DNA of 62,716 nucleotides, the filler included, from Collodictyon triciliatum (lineage: Eukaryota): the NCBI GenBank assembly GCA_043381765.1. It is 5 parts of 5 records of this genome, joined end to end, with 100 filler letters (N's around TTAATTAATTAA, not from the genome) between each part and the next. Parts side by side here need not be neighbours in the genome. Positions count along the whole stretch, not along the records: positions 1 to 15,095 come from JBHJMP010001721.1; 4 more parts are not named here. One strand, given 5' to 3'. A program made the position numbers and the translations under genes. This document shows, piece after piece, positions 1-15,095 of this stretch (position 1 is its first letter; every line of letters begins with the position of its first letter). Below the pieces are notes generated by a model that searched no databases, had not been told where the DNA came from, and worked only from the letters and a program-made list of their open reading frames with translations.

Positions 1-131
1 ACCAAAAAAACAAAAAAAAAACAAAAAAACCAAAAAAACCAAAAAAACCAAAAAAACCAAAAAAACCAAAAAAAACCAAAAAAACCAAAAAAAACCAAAA
101 AAACCAAAAAAACCAAAAAAACCAAAAAACC
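1..131. repeat. Degenerate (CCA6-7)n microsatellite, probably intronic in the HECT gene
   Basis: Repeated accaaaaaa units run from position 1 to about 131. Confidence 0.9.
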
Positions 132-192
132 ATTTGTTTCCTATTTTGCATGGCAAGCCCTTCGTTATGCACCTCATTTATAAATTGAAAAG

Positions 193-3100
193 ATTCTCTG
201 GAGACGGTGGATGGCCCAAAAAGCCTCTGGTATTTCAAGGAGACACTATTCATTATCACTTTCACTCGGATGGTTCGCGCAATGACTGGGGCTACAGGGT
301 TCGTCTTAAACTTTTTTGCTTATGAGCAAATATCTTGTCATCTATAAATTCATAATTTCCTTTAATGGTAAGTATTCAAGTTTAGATTTACCTAAAGTGA
401 ACATGCGCCCTTTCTTAATCGAATACTAAATTCCTGCATTTTTTCTTTTGATTTGATAACCCGACAGTTTTCCGTAATTGGCGAGGTTATTTCCTCTGAA
501 TACATATTCCACAACTTGATTGACCTCCAACGATTGCTCGTTTGGATTCTATCGATCCACGCTGCTCGCTCACTGAATCCAAGAACCTTAATCTCAGTAA
601 GTCATGTCCACAAGATGCATACTTATCTGAAAACACAAATATTAATGACTCGCTGCTTTGTGGTTTACTTGTTCACAATAAAAATATTTATGAATTTTTT
701 ATTTCACGCGAATCATGATTTTGATGCTTAACATTTTTACAGAACACTGGATCTGCTGCCGAGCTCAATGTAGCCGAGGTTGCATCGATCCTCGAAACAC
801 AGTTATTTTCCAGGGCGAAGTCAGAGTCATCTACCGAAAATATCCAATCACAAAAAATCATGCTTACATCGATTCCGGGCCATTCACAATTTATCGATGA
901 TTTGATTGAAAAGCGCCCACCAGCTTTAGGATTCTATGAATCGGTGATGCACCGCGCAAAACTGATGCCCAACACACCCGCTCTGCAAGTTGTCTTTGAA
1001 GTCCATTTGCTGGCTGTCCTTCTGCGCCAAGGATACTTGGTTGAAGATGCGATCAATGAGACACAATATGCCGGTTCATTTCCCAAGGACAAGATGGACA
1101 TCCTGTTTCGGTCGATCAACACTGTGCGGACATGGGTTCGTCTGAAAAGGCAGCCGTCATCGTCAAATGCTCTTGATTTCCTCAAGGTGCCAACACTTGA
1201 AATCCAGGTCCCTAAACTGGAAGTACTCATTGAAAAGTGCAAGTTGTTGCTAGAGTGCGAGGTATACTCTTCTCCCAATCAAAATGCTACCGCTTTTCAA
1301 CAAAACTGCAAGAATGTGATAGAATTCATTCAGGTTTATTTAAAATATCTATTAATGATTTCATTTTTTTATTATAAAAAAGCACATTAAATACAGAGGA
1401 AGTGAACGGAACACAAATTTTTTTATCGTGTAGTAGTAAAAAAATAATAAGTTTTCTCTTGATTTTTTTTTTATCATTGTGAACATACTGATTTATTTTC
1501 TGATGCAGACATTCAATTGCATGGATGAGCTTCGCGAGACACTCCGCAACAGCAATAAGTTGTGCGACTCTCGTATCACAGGCATACAGATATTCCGGTC
1601 TATCATCGAAAATTCTGGTGCTGTTGGATTCCAATCTGATGCTATCGACATATTCCTCAACTGCTTTCAATCAAAGAACATTATCAGCCCTAAGCAAACT
1701 CAAGAATCATCTTGGGCGATGTGGAACCATCTTGCAGGCATGGATGGCTGTGACTCTGTTAAGAAAAGTGAGCTCAGCGATGAGTTCATGAAGATCATCC
1801 ATCTGGTCAGAAAAGTCTGGATCGACTCTGAGTTCAACCAGCGAATTCAAATGAGTCTAATGCAGCTGCTCGCCTTCGACTACCAACCGGAGGACTTTCA
1901 ACAGATTGGGTCCTCTTCGATTCTGGATATCCTTATCGATGTGATGAAGCAGATGAACAGCATATCAGAGCGGCAGCTAGAGTCAGCCACAGCAGATATT
2001 TCGAGGGATCAGAAGAGTAATGACGCTGTCATGATTTTTGCATGCATGTTTTCTAGAAACATATCCAAGATTCTGAAGAAGAAACAAAGCAGTCCAACTT
2101 CACCAGTGGACAAAATTCTGGGTCAAGTTCTAGGAATCTTTGTCGATAAGGTCGACAAGCTTCTTGAGAAGCTTGGGCAGTATCACACAAAAGAGAATTA
2201 CAAAGTTTTCGAACTGACGGTCAGTGAAGGCAATTTGAGCAAGAAAGCACAACACCTTTCAAAATATTCTACACTTTACTTTGCTGAACGAGAGCTTATG
2301 GGTGTTTTGGTTGCATGTGCGGGGATTACTGAACCGATAGGTTCAGTCGACACATCCTGTTTAATACCGTTGGTTCCATCTCTGGCCCGAGTCTCAAAGT
2401 GTGGGCTTCCAAAATGCGAGGTACATGAAGTTTCAATTCTGAATCCAAATAAACGCATGAATTGCATTCATTTATGTCTCACTTTCTCGTATCTAATCCA
2501 TCTTGCAATTGCAACACTACCTATGTGGTTCCTCACTATGCTGATATACACAATTACAAATTAGCGCCTCTCTCTAAGGCTTCTACACTTCATTATCCGC
2601 AATTCGACCGGGCGAACTCTCTCCAGAGTCTATGATGTTCTATCATCTGAAGAGCCCCGTCTGGCCCTGAGCAAGGAAATGCAAGAGTTCATCTCGAACG
2701 CAACCTCAGAGAAATCTCTTTTGTTTTTCTTCCTTCATTGGACTGGGATGGAATGGGAACGTCATTTCTCATTGGAGCCGTCTCATGAGCCAATATACTA
2801 TGGCTATTCCATAAAAGCAAGGATTTCTGAGCTGGTTAGTTCTCCAACAATATGCCTCTGCTTTTTCTTTCTTCTTTTTGTTGTTGCATACTTCATTCCA
2901 TGATAGATAATTCAGCAGCCAAGACATTATATAAACTCTAATTATGCAATCTACCGAATGTCATCATATAGGTCAATGTTGTCCGCCTCTTACTCAAGAG
3001 AAGCCCATGGAACTCAAATTTCATCGATTTATTCCGACAGTCTCTGTCGTCTGTGTCTTCACAGATCCAATCGACAGGAAGACTTTCCCCGAGCGGGCCA

Positions 3101-6100
3101 GCCATACTTCGTGTATTCGTCGGTTCTCTCCTCGTTTGTGGTAAAGTAGCATTCGTATTTCTCTCCATATTTTTATTTGTTTGTAATGACTTGAGAATCA
3201 AATAGGTATGTTTAAAATCAATTTCACCACTGTTTTTGGAATCTGTCCAAAAACGAAAATTAGGTGGGTTGAGCGACTTTATCAGAGTTGGTTGTCATGT
3301 CGAACTTAGCGCAGCAGCAAGCTCCAAACAAAAATCACGGTAAATAGAACTAGCATCCAACACCAAACGAATGGTCTAAAATTGTAAAATAGGAGTGAAT
3401 TTTTTTTTATTTTTATATCTTTCGGTTCTTGTAATCGATGATGTTTATACGCAAAATTCTCTACCTTTCAAGCGGTATTGTTCTTTCTGTGGACCCTACA
3501 AGATTAATAGCTAATGTTGCAATGTTCTCGGAGCCGATTGAATATGCTACAGACTATGGAGTTGACCAATTGCAAATCGTTGACGAAGTGAGTCTCTAGA
3601 GTATGTTGTTTCAGCTCGTTGAGTTTAAATGGCATGAATTAGTTTGGTGGAAAATAAGGTTAGCTGATACATACCTTTTTTTTTTAATATTATTTATTTG
3701 TGCTTCAGATTAAACCCACGGACGCTTTTTCACTGAAAGACCTCAGTGATATCAAGCTGTTCAGCGAGCTTCTAGCCGGTCTTAAAACTCGAGTGACAAA
3801 CTACTCAAAGGATGATAACCTGTGGTTCCTGTTGAAAATGCAGGTACATATTTAACTGCAGTTTAAATTGGACTAATTTCCCTTGTATACTTAAGGCACA
3901 ATACGTTTATTTCTTTGACATATGTAAGTGTACATTTGATTTGTATACATGTCTGAAAATCTATTGTCTTTTCCCAGACACTCATCACAAAGTACCTTTT
4001 GTTTGTCTCGACGTTTGTTCCGTCTGTCGCTCTCGAATCGATACAACATGGTTTCTAATTCTTTCCTTTTTCATACTCTGGAAGAAAATGAGATTTTGAG
4101 GCTTTCGTATTTCTGTCGAAAATTTCACCTGCTTATCGTTTCAAATTTCAAGAATCAATTTCTTATGTCACTCTTAATTTAACCAAACCAGTGCTTCATG
4201 AGATCCAGTCTCAATTCTACGTGTACAAAACGACATCACAGCCCACCAAATCAGCAAGACAGCTGATGTTCATTCAGCCTCGCGTATGTATCTTCATTAT
4301 CATTATCATTATCATTATCATTATCATTATCATTATCATTATCATTATCATTATCATTATCATTATCATTATCATTATCATTATCATTATCATTATCATT
4401 ATCATTATCATTATNNNNNNNNNNNNNNNNNNNNNNNNNNNNNNNNNNNNNNNNNNNNNNNNNNNNNNNNNNNNNNNNNNNNNNNNNNNNNNNNNNNNNN
4501 NNNNNNNNNNNNNNNNNNNNNNNNNNNNNNNNNNNNNNNNNNNNNNNNNNNNNNNNNNNNNNNNNNNNNNNNNNNNNNNNNNNNNNNNNNNNNNNNNNNN
4601 NNNNNNNNATCATTATCATTATCATTATCATTATCATTATCATTATCATTATCATTATCATTATCATTATCATTATCATTATCATTATCATTATCATTAT
4701 CATTATCATTTTTATTGGAAAAATTGAGATGAAATGGTGTGTGCCTGAAAGACTTTTCTCTCTATTTCATGACACACAACAAATGTTGAGCTGGTTCAAA
4801 TCTAACCTTGGTCACCTTAGTTCGAGATGGATTGGATCGATTTTATCAGAGACTTTCCATCATCAATGCAATTCGATGCATCAGTGTTCACTAACATGAA
4901 CGTCGCATTTGTCCAAAACACCATCAACATCGAAAATGTAGCAAGTTTTATATGAATCATGCTATCTTTACTTCTATTTAGTGCTTGTATATTCCGATAT
5001 TAGCATATTTCAAATATTAGATATGAGATACTATCTTGAAATTCCACATGGTTGCAAAATAAGGCTGCTTCATCCGAAAGTACAGCCACGTTCCTCGAAA
5101 AAGCATACCTTCAAAACGTCACAGTTTCTTCAATCGATTCAAAGACATGTTTGCTGAAGACCCTGACTCAGTGAGAATAGCCAACATTCGTCTTACTTTC
5201 TGCACATGAAAACCAGTTGTATAGCTCAGTTTTCTTGCACATATTTATGAGTTCTCTGTGTTTACTTACTTTTATAATCTCGGCACATTTTCAGGAGCGG
5301 TTCATTCTCTGGACATGGTTTACTTTGCATCCCAATCAGCTGCGAAGAAAACACTCAACTCCAAGTCAAACTAAAATATCTACCTAAAACAGCGTATGAA
5401 AAAACAAACATTGTCATATTGTCAGCTTTTTTTTTTAAAAAAAATGAAAGTAATTTACTTAAAATAAATTCATTCAAGAAATGAGTCAAATTTATGAATT
5501 CATGTCCATCATCCCATGTGAATTCAACCCCTCTTTTGTTGAAATATATTTTTTTAATATAGGTATGTCCAGATAGGATTTATCAACTCAACACAATTCA
5601 GAAGGCCATTTAGTATCTCGCCAGATGGCTTCGCATACGCTTGTGACGGGCTAGAAGTGAATTTCAGAGGAAAAAAACCGTTCGGAGAACCCTTCAATCA
5701 CCAGGTGGCGTTATATTTTAGCTCAACAGAGGAGGCTTATCTTCATTATTTTTATGGTGACACGGATTAATATTTTCATATCCAGTCTCCAATTCAATAT
5801 TCTTATTCCTCAATTTGGCGAACAGGATACAGTGCTATGCGAATTTAACCAGGAAAATAACTGCATCGGATTTAAGTTAAACGAAAAGAACCTTGGTATT
5901 CTTAATTCTAGACGGGCACATCGTGAACCTTTTCTTTATCTTCAATTTTTGCTAAGGTTTTCTCGAGATTAACAATATTCGATTTCGATTTGTACAGGAG
6001 TCATGTGTAAATTCAAAGAAAAAAAAGAGCTTTGGTTTGTCTTGTCAATTATGGGAGGCGATGCCACCATACGCGTTTCACGACGCGATTACGAACCATT

Positions 6101-9100
6101 CCTGACCCCTGAACAACTTCAATCCGCACCTATCGTTCCTGATCTAACCGAAGAGCAAACACATATTCTTTCCGACTTGGATGCAGCTTGTGAAATGAAC
6201 TGCGAAGCATTCTTTGATGTACATTTAGATGATTTTTTCATAATAATAGAAAAATGGACATCCTTCGAATAATTTTCACCAAGCAGTTGTACAACATTGG
6301 AGAGGCAGAAAGTTTAAAAGCGTACTTTTTTCTATCGCCAATTTGAAAACTCTTGGAAGCTAATGACTAGTTGTAACACAGGCGGTAGCACATCCACAAT
6401 CCCAGGCGTCGCAGCCTGTGCAGAGGCTGATGGCTACAACCTATCGCCCAACAATATCGACATATCCGCCCATGAAAGGTGTCGTTGAAGCAGCAAGTTC
6501 ATCACTCAGAACCATGTCGATTCGCCAAGATGAAATGAATGTCGAGGAGATTGAGAAACCTGAAGACATCGATACGTGCAGCTTTCTGGGAGAAGATGAT
6601 GCAGCCTTTATTTATGATGCAGAAGACGGAGAAGAAGATGGAAATGAATATATAGAGGAGCACGAGGGTAATTGCGATGAAGGTGAGGAGGAAGATGAAG
6701 ATGAAGGGAGCTGGGACACAGAAAGCAATGGTTCTTAATTATCTTTGTTTACATCGTCGACATTATTTGTACAGCTGTTACCCTCTCGATTTCAAAGTAT
6801 AGTCGTCACATTCTGATATGTTTCAGTCGTGATAAAATTCAATACATACCGTAATCGTCAGCTTAATTTTACATTCTGCTTTATTGTTATTGCTATTGCT
6901 ATGATTATTCTTATTCTTATTCTTATTATTATTATCATTATTATTCATATTATTGTTATTGTCATTGCTATTGTCATTGCTATTGCTATTGCTATTATTG
7001 TTATTTTATTATTTTGATAAAAGTTGATGAAGACGAGGCTGATGAAAATGAAGAGCCCCAAGAGCAATCCAAGAGTGTTCTGCAGCAGGAAGACAAGGTA
7101 TCTCAGAAAGTCGCAGCCGAGGTTAACCAACTCGTGGACGATGAAGTTTGTCAAAGGATTTCTCCCAGTACAGAATCGCCGACGACAGACGTGCTGGAAA
7201 GCCCGGAATCTAAGTCGGTGGCAGATGCTTCAAAGACACCTACCACAGAATCCGAATCTGCAAACAAAGATGGTATATTCATTATTGCCATTGTTTGTAC
7301 AGCCGATGCGAACAGAAGTGACTATGCCAAACATATACTGTTCAAACTTTATCATAACCATTTGTGCTCTCATTTTGTACGTCATATAGCTTGAGAGTAT
7401 GAGTAAATTGATTCAAAGGTTCTCATCTGACGTTCGCTTTTAACCTTCCTTTTAATACATCTGTATATTCCGCAGTTCCAGTCCAAGAAACGAACTCGCT
7501 TGAAAGCCTCATTGCAAGTTACAGACAAGCCACTCAAGATATCAGTTCATCGCAACAAAGTTCCCGCCAGCAGCGCAGACGCATTTCGATATCGAACTCA
7601 TCCAACTCCGGCGGGAGTGACAACGAGTCGGGTAGTGGCAATGACAGTGACAACGAGGAACAAACCAACACCCAAAAAATATCACGTCTTGTCAATCAGC
7701 CAAAGTTCAATCCGCAAGTAGGCCAGTGGGCTACACTCCATCTCGAGAAATCTGGGCTATCTGAAAACGTACTAGCTTCATTTTATACTCATCAGCTCAT
7801 CATTTCACCATTCTATTTGAATTATATTTCATCAAATGGAATGCACGTTTTATTCATTTATTTACTCTTGAGGCAGTTCTTAAGAATCAAAAAACAACTA
7901 TTACCATTTACATTATAAACTGCAGTTTCCTCTGTCATGTGGTGTCATTGAGGCAATCGAAGATGGCATCGCAACAATTGCGTTTAGAGATGACTCTCGC
8001 CTCCCAATCAAGTATATGCTGAACAATCTTTCATTTGTATTTTATAATAGTTCTTGAAAATGACCAAATTCAGCATTCCCTTCTTGTACCGCTTGTTTGA
8101 ATTAATGTATCAAATGATTATTTAAACACATATCCAGTGTGCTAATAATGTGTATGCATCGACATCAGACTCCGAGCTAAATACCAGTTGGGTGATCTGG
8201 ATCACCCACACGAATACATCGTGCAGAAAACCAAGAATATTTTAGAAAGCAAAGCTCCAAATGCCCCAGCATTCTTTGCAGACCTTAGCATCCCCATAGA
8301 AGCGAAGAAGTTCCACCATGATGAATATTTCCTTCGTAAATCTACTATTCATCAATTATATAACTATCCGATAATATTTTCACTTTTTTTGAAGCAAAGT
8401 TTTTTAATTAAAGCAGCAGACCCACCAAATAATGTACTTTACCGATACAGTTTTATTAATGGAGTTGTCCACTGCATCTGATAATGTTGATGAACTGCGC
8501 ATGGCCATTCAAAGTCGAAAGCAAGAACCATCATTTAACGACATATGCTCCGAACTCCGAGAAGTTTACAACAGAACCAATAGTGCGTCAGCTCCATTCG
8601 AGTTCATACGGAGAGGCCCTTCGTCTGGAATAATGAACGTTTGTTTACAGATGTGAAAAAGAGGATATCTAGATATATAAAAGAATAGTCAACATTATCA
8701 TGAGATAAAAAAAGATGAATACCATAGGCAACATAACTTTTAAGATATACTCTTCTTTCTTTCTTTTTTTCTTTTTTTTTTTTTTTGGAGAGAAATCCAG
8801 CAGCCTCACTATAAAATTCCTTTTCACAAACTAGGACCCAATTACAGCCGGTCCATCAGGTCACGACTCCAAAGAAAGTTTGGTCAGGAATGCCGTTCGC
8901 AAATACGTCAACGAAAGGTAATTAGCATGATGGTTTTCGAAAAGCTTTCTTCTTTCCAAAGTCTTTCTCAATATTGATAGCTTTGATATCTGTTTCCCCA
9001 GTGTTCCGTTCCCTAGCTTTGGAAGAATTTTCAAGACGACAAACACACACCACCTCAACTTAATGCATCAATTCTGCGAGGGTGCATCCCAACTTGACTT

Positions 9101-12100
9101 TTCGTCTCTCATTCTCCTTTCCGATGTGATGCACATGACCGCATGGCAGATTGTTGCTCTGGAACTGTTAGTATTTCTGTTTAAATTAAAAGGTTGGCCA
9201 CAACATGCTCTTTTGCTGTTGGGCGCTCTATCCCTTTTCTTATACATGTGTATTAATTTTATATTTACCCTTTTTTTTCAACAATATTTGTTTGCTTCAT
9301 GTTTACACATATTCTCGTGAGCTTTATTGATTTCGGAAGACATACAATCGATCACATAATCGAAACACGTCATGAATTCAAAATTCTCAGGTATGTCTAT
9401 TTCACTATACTAAAACAAACAAAAATTAAAATAACAGGACTTGCTGCTGGAAGATGCTCAAGGAATCTGCAGGGACTATGGACAGAAACGCTTTAAAGGA
9501 GGAGTTGGCTCAACATCTTATCCATCCACAATCACTATCAAAAGTATACTTTGCACAGCCATTTGGGGTTCACGAAGTTGATGAAAAGATGCATCCGCTT
9601 CCCTCGCGCGGGGTGACTCAAAGAATCATAAGAATACCCGGTGTCTCTGCCTTGGTTCTTTCTCTGGGAGACAAGTCGTCCATCGATTCTTTACGTGATA
9701 CTGTTGCAATCACAACTTCAACGCTCGGATACCAGCAAGTATAGAAGCATTTTTTTTTTCAAAACTGTTGAAAGTGAAGAAATGTTCATTATTTTATTTA
9801 TCTTTAAAAAAAGAGCTTGAACCTGAATTATTCTCCTCGAATTTTTCCTCAATGAATAATCGACTAGAAAACCGATTAAGTGCATCTTGTCCCTTTAGAT
9901 TTGCCTGGACTCTTCAGAGATGTTCAAGCTCGCAGATGGATCTATCCCTCAGATAATGATCAATTCCGACCAATTTCGGTATGTTGTTACCACACACTCT
10001 GAGCAATCAAGGCGGGGAATTGAACTACTGGTTCGGCCATCTGGGTTTGTCTTCTTTTCTTCTTTTCTTCTTTTCTTCTTTTCTTCTTTTCTTCCTCTTC
10101 TTTTTTCCTCTTCAATTCAAAATCAGCAAGTGTTTGCATGTCTGCACTATAACTGGAGTATACTATGAAGAAACCTTTCTGCAGTATGCTATTGAAAACC
10201 CCCTTCATTTCCCACGCACAGATATGAACCTCAAAATATCTCGATGATCCATTCCCCCAATTACGCAGCGTGGCTTCTAGAAAATGTAAATAAATAGAAT
10301 AATTTGCAATTCATATAGCTCAAAATCATAATATATTTCATATTTCTTTTCATCATACACCATTCATTCTATTTTCTCTTAAGCATTTATTAATATATTT
10401 ACATGGTTCAATCAGCTACCATTTCTGATGAGCTCAATTATTCAAAAGTGAAAACCCTTTTCTCCCTTCAATCGACATAACTTAATGATTGTATATATCT
10501 CTGATACCTTTGTATGTTTGTATGCGTCGATTGGTGCATTAAAAAATTGCATAGATTGTTCGGCATTCCCCAGAGTCTGTGGATGCCTCATTCTTCTCGT
10601 TTGTGGCTCCGTTGATTATTACATATCTCGGCAACGATATGCCCGACGATTTGACATCTGTCAAGTGGCGTCTGGTGAGATTATTCAGTTCAGTGGCCAT
10701 ACTGTCACTTCCTTCTCAACCGACCTTGACGCTAGCCGAGGGTCACATCAAAATCTTGAAATCGCTATTAGAGGTAAGATGGAAATAGTGCATTCCGTAG
10801 AGAGGAAAATATATGCATGCTATCTTTTTCAATAATTATCCAATTCACTGTTCACAATATAGTCGGTGAAATCGCGTGTATTCATTCATAGTGAAATAAA
10901 AGACACAAAATTGCAAGTATTATATCCTCTTTTTTTTCTTTCTTTCTTTTTTCCTGCTAGAAACTGTTCGATTACCGAGAGAAGGCGTCCAACATTAGAT
11001 GCAAGAATACTCAAATGATGAAGCCCCTGCTTGAGTTGTTTTTCTGGATATCGCGCATCATGAGGGACCGATTCAGCCAGCTATTTACTCTCAAGAAGCA
11101 GAAAAAGGACAAAAAATCCAATCGGAAGCAAAAGCGGCGCAGAGGTGGCCCGTCACGTAGTGCTCGGCGCAGACGGCAGCGCTCAGAGTCATCAGAAGAG
11201 GACGAGTACGAGTCTGGAGAGGAATCCGAAGGCGATTCGGATGTCAGTGGCGGCTCGGATGATGAGGATCCGCTGCGCTCGAGGAGAGGCTCAAACGCAG
11301 ATAGCTCGTCCAGGCTGCAGAACTCAATTCTAAACACTGTGTCCTTGTCAAGCCTTTTCAAAGAAGTCAAGAACCTGATGGATCCGAAGTTAATCGATGT
11401 TGTTGATATTTTATCTGAAATGGGCACCGCCACAGATCTGCTTCTTTCGATGCTCGGGCAAAAGACCGGGATTGATGAGGTCATTGACGATGCGTGGGTT
11501 CGTTCGCAACAGAAATACTCTGTCCACGAGAGCGGACATCCGTGAGTTTTGTTGCGTAGAAAAAAGTGCCATTGTTTGAGGTGTTTTGCAGTGTGCAATA
11601 TTTTGCAAGTTTGTTGAACTCTTTAATTACTTTTACGCAGGTTCGGACGCAAGTCATATTCAGGCGCCGTGTGTTTCCCGGGAGCTAAAGGAATCCAACT
11701 TATATTTAACTCAAAGTGTAGCCTTCCTAATAATACATCGCTCAAAATCGTGTCCAAGGTTTTTTTCTTCCTCTCTTCTGTTGGCTTTTCTCTTCTCCAT
11801 CAATAAAGACATATGTAGAATATCCACTTCAATAGCTGATGTCTCCTTCTGATTCAGATACCAATTATTTGTCTCATATGTACACAAAACAAAACAAATC
11901 AATTTTTAGGGTCTTGGTTCCTCAGGGGATAATACTTGTTCTTATGACGGCGGCTTCGGTCGTGTAAGAGTTTATTATCTCCTCGGATTGTTTTTATTAT
12001 TCAGCATTTTCACTGTTTTTATAATTTTTTCATCTTATAATATTTTGTTTTGTTTTTACTTGAACCACTCTCATGTTTTGCTATTTCAGCCAATTAATCA

Positions 12101-14232
12101 TTCTCTCTTGCTATGTTTGAATCATTCACACGGAAAAAGCATGTCAACATGCTGACATTGAACACAAACGAATTGAGCTTTTCTACGGAAGGTATAACCG
12201 ATTTTGGTTGGAAATAACTTGACTTTAATCTTTACGTTTCATCTTTCATACACAAACTCTTGTTCTATTCATCCCTTACATAGTCTTTACATTTTCTGCT
12301 TTCAATTAACGTCTGAAGGAAAGATGAATAATAATAAAAAAAAAATTATACAGAGAAAATTGTCCACTCTACTGTCACTTGCGATGGCTGTCGCCGTCAC
12401 CCGCTCCAGACAGTCCGCTACAAAGTCAGTCTTGCCTTTCAATCATAGGAAAGAGAGAACACAATTCTATGATGGCCAGCCTAGATTACAAAAATTCATG
12501 AGCATTAATCTGACATCTATTCAACGTTATCTTCTTCGGTCAAGAAAATCTTTATTTTCTCTGTTTTGTCCTTACTGGTTTCTCTTTCTTCTCTCTTAGT
12601 GCATCCAATGCCCTGACTTTGATTTTTGCGAACGATGCGAAAGTACCGCCAACCACGACCATTCTCATGTTTTCCTGAAAGTGCATCGCGTAACAGACAA
12701 CTCACTTCCAAGGAACGAGCGCACCCTTAATCTCCTTCGTAATTACTTTAATTTTCAAGCTTCATTGTGTCATGATATTGTATATTTACACATTTTCTCC
12801 AATATCCGCCTCCTTATTCTTTTTCTTATTATTCTTTTTCTTTTCCTTTTTCTTTCTTATTCAAGTGGATTCGACTGTCCACGTGGGAATCTCATGCAGT
12901 CGTTGCGGAGTTGGTCCAATCGAAGGCGTTCGCTATGCATGTTCTAACTGCGACTTCAACTTATGCTCTCAATGCGAAAGGCTTGATGATGTAAAGAAAG
13001 ACAAAATCTACAAATTGCCAGAAAAAAATCGATTTCTTTTAAATATTCAACCAATTTTCCGCCATTTTCCTCTTTTTTTTATTTTGTTACCCTTTTTTTT
13101 TATTTTTTATTTCTCTATAAATTCATGGCTTACTTTAATGTTGATACGTGATTGTATTCACATCCATATTTTGTTATCATGCGGTATTTGAGCGATCTCT
13201 TTGTCATCCACAGAGCCACGACCCCCTCCACATCTTCCTGAAGCTGAAGCATCCTGTGGAGCCCACGCAACTAGCAACGAATCGCTTTTGGCGCTTCGGA
13301 CCATTCTACAACGAAAGTTGCATTTATATATATATAGATCTTTCCCTTTGCTATCTCTCCCTCCTTCATTTATCTTTTGCCACATTGCTACATTATTTTG
13401 TAATGTCAAGCAATAACTTATGGTTTTCGTTGTTTCCATGAAGGCTCTATGTGGGGTTTCTCTTTCACTGCCATCGCGATTTTGAATGATGAAGAGAATG
13501 AGAAGCTGAAGGCCATGTCCAAAACGGTTCGGTCTGAGAACATCGCACTAATGTCAAAGTCCGTTTTCACTTCCCCCATCTTCTTTTTTTCTTTCTTATT
13601 CCTCTTTTTCCTCTCTTTTTTCTTTGTTGCCTAGAGTGCTACATGTCTGTTGTTTAATCGAATAAGGCTACTATCTTCCTTTCAATTTCTACTTCGATTT
13701 GCCAGCCTAGAGTGAGATTTATCTCCTCAACTTCACCTAATTAACCAGTACCAACTCGTTCTATACAATAATATCTTTTTCGGTGCTCAGTTGGACTAGT
13801 CAAATGGACCAAAAGCTGGTCTCCTGCATATCTCAGTTTTGCCAAGAGAAGGCCATATCAATCTCTCGTTTCTCGCATTCGGTAAGCTTTATATCCGCAG
13901 CAAAACCACGTCTGTTGTCATCTGTTTCTGTGTCGCTTTCAATATTTGCTCATCAAGCATATCAAGAACTATTTCGAGGTGTATATTTAATGCGTTCTTT
14001 TCTCGCTGCGCCAAACAGCTTTGTAAAAGCGCCATCGCACACAACTCGGCTGTTCAGTCTGTTCCCGGCGCTGAGATGCGAGCTATCCTCTCTCTTATTC
14101 TGAATCAGAAGGTAAGTGTGTTTTTATAAATCTCTTCCAAGAATACAATAGTCGTTTGATTATTATTCTTTATTTCTATTTCTATTTCTATTTCTATTTC
14201 TATTTCTATTTCTATTTCTATTATTACTATTA

Positions 14233-14329
<97 letters not shown>

Positions 14330-14996
14330 AGTTCTGGTCTTTTTGGCGCGTTGGATGTAAATATTAGTGTTTGTTCTTTCTCGGAACCATTTTAATTTTT
14401 TTGTCTTATTCTATTATTATTATTATTTTTTAAAAAAAACCTACTCAATGCAGTGGCAAAGTTCAATCGAATTTATTGATAACGATGTGGATTTGACGCT
14501 TCCATCTCTATATGGAACCCTTGTCAAGTCGAAATACTTACTGTTTACTGATCTGAAAGAAAGCTATATCAACGAGGTTTTGTTTAACTTTTATCCCTAC
14601 ATTCCTTTTTTTTTTTTCAAAGAAAAAAAAAGCAACCGTCTTTTGGATAACCTTTTGTTTACGACAATCTTCGACTTGTGCCTCCCACCGGCAGGTTCTC
14701 GACATCAAGAAATCGTCGCACGGAGTTTTGCAGGTGCGGCTGAAGCGATTTGCCCCGTCGCAGTCAAGCAAAGAGCCGAGACCAACTGTCTTTGAGCAGA
14801 TAATGACCCAGTTTCGAGGTGTTTCTCCAAGGTTGTGCACTTGCCTGCGTTTCTGTTAGAAATGATATCCCATCAGTATTTCTGCTTCTCTTTTGCTAAA
14901 TTATTCATCGATTGGATATATGAGCAGAAAGCTTTGGCACGATGAGCACGCATTCTCTGTGAAGCTTCTTGGCGAGGGTGCGGAGGATGCTGGTGG
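193..14996 (+). CDS. Giant multi-exon HECT-type E3 ubiquitin ligase, HECTD4-like; partial at both ends
   Basis: Spliced exons encode a CUB-like motif (HYHFHSDGSRNDWGYR), GGLSDFIRVGCHVEL (resembles a HECTD4 segment) and a SPRY-like region (~5300-6050). They also encode acidic tracts and two ZZ fingers (CDGC...RYK/CIQCPDFDFCERC...HVFLKV at ~12360-12690; CSRCGVGPIEGVRYACSNCDFNLCSQCE...HDPLHIFLKL at ~12870-13250). The HECT N-terminal motif FSVKLLGEGAEDAG lies just before a gap. GT-AG junctions keep frame where checked. Confidence 0.8.
4296..4710. repeat. (ATCATT)n microsatellite spanning an N gap inside an intron
   Basis: Perfect hexamer repeats flank both sides of the gap at 4415-4608. Confidence 0.95.
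14170..14327. repeat. Compound (TATTTC)n/(ATT)n microsatellite, intronic
   Basis: Read directly from the sequence. Confidence 0.9.
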
Positions 14997-14997
14997 G

Positions 14998-15095
<98 letters not shown>

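Noticed and set aside
1-131. Telomere-like C/A repeat at the window start and T/G repeat at ~30.2 kb
   Set aside because: Unit lengths are irregular, the positions are internal next to exons, and similar microsatellites occur throughout the window.
4191-4732. Poly-Ile, His-Tyr, Phe-rich and X-filled ORFs here and at 20643, 36710, 46851, 56396 and 60715
   Set aside because: They are largely translations of microsatellites and N gaps.
6320-6582. Possible GC-AG intron at 6320 in the HECT gene
   Set aside because: Alternative GT-AG solutions (donor 6322, plus a second intron from 6479) also keep frame. It cannot be resolved without transcripts.
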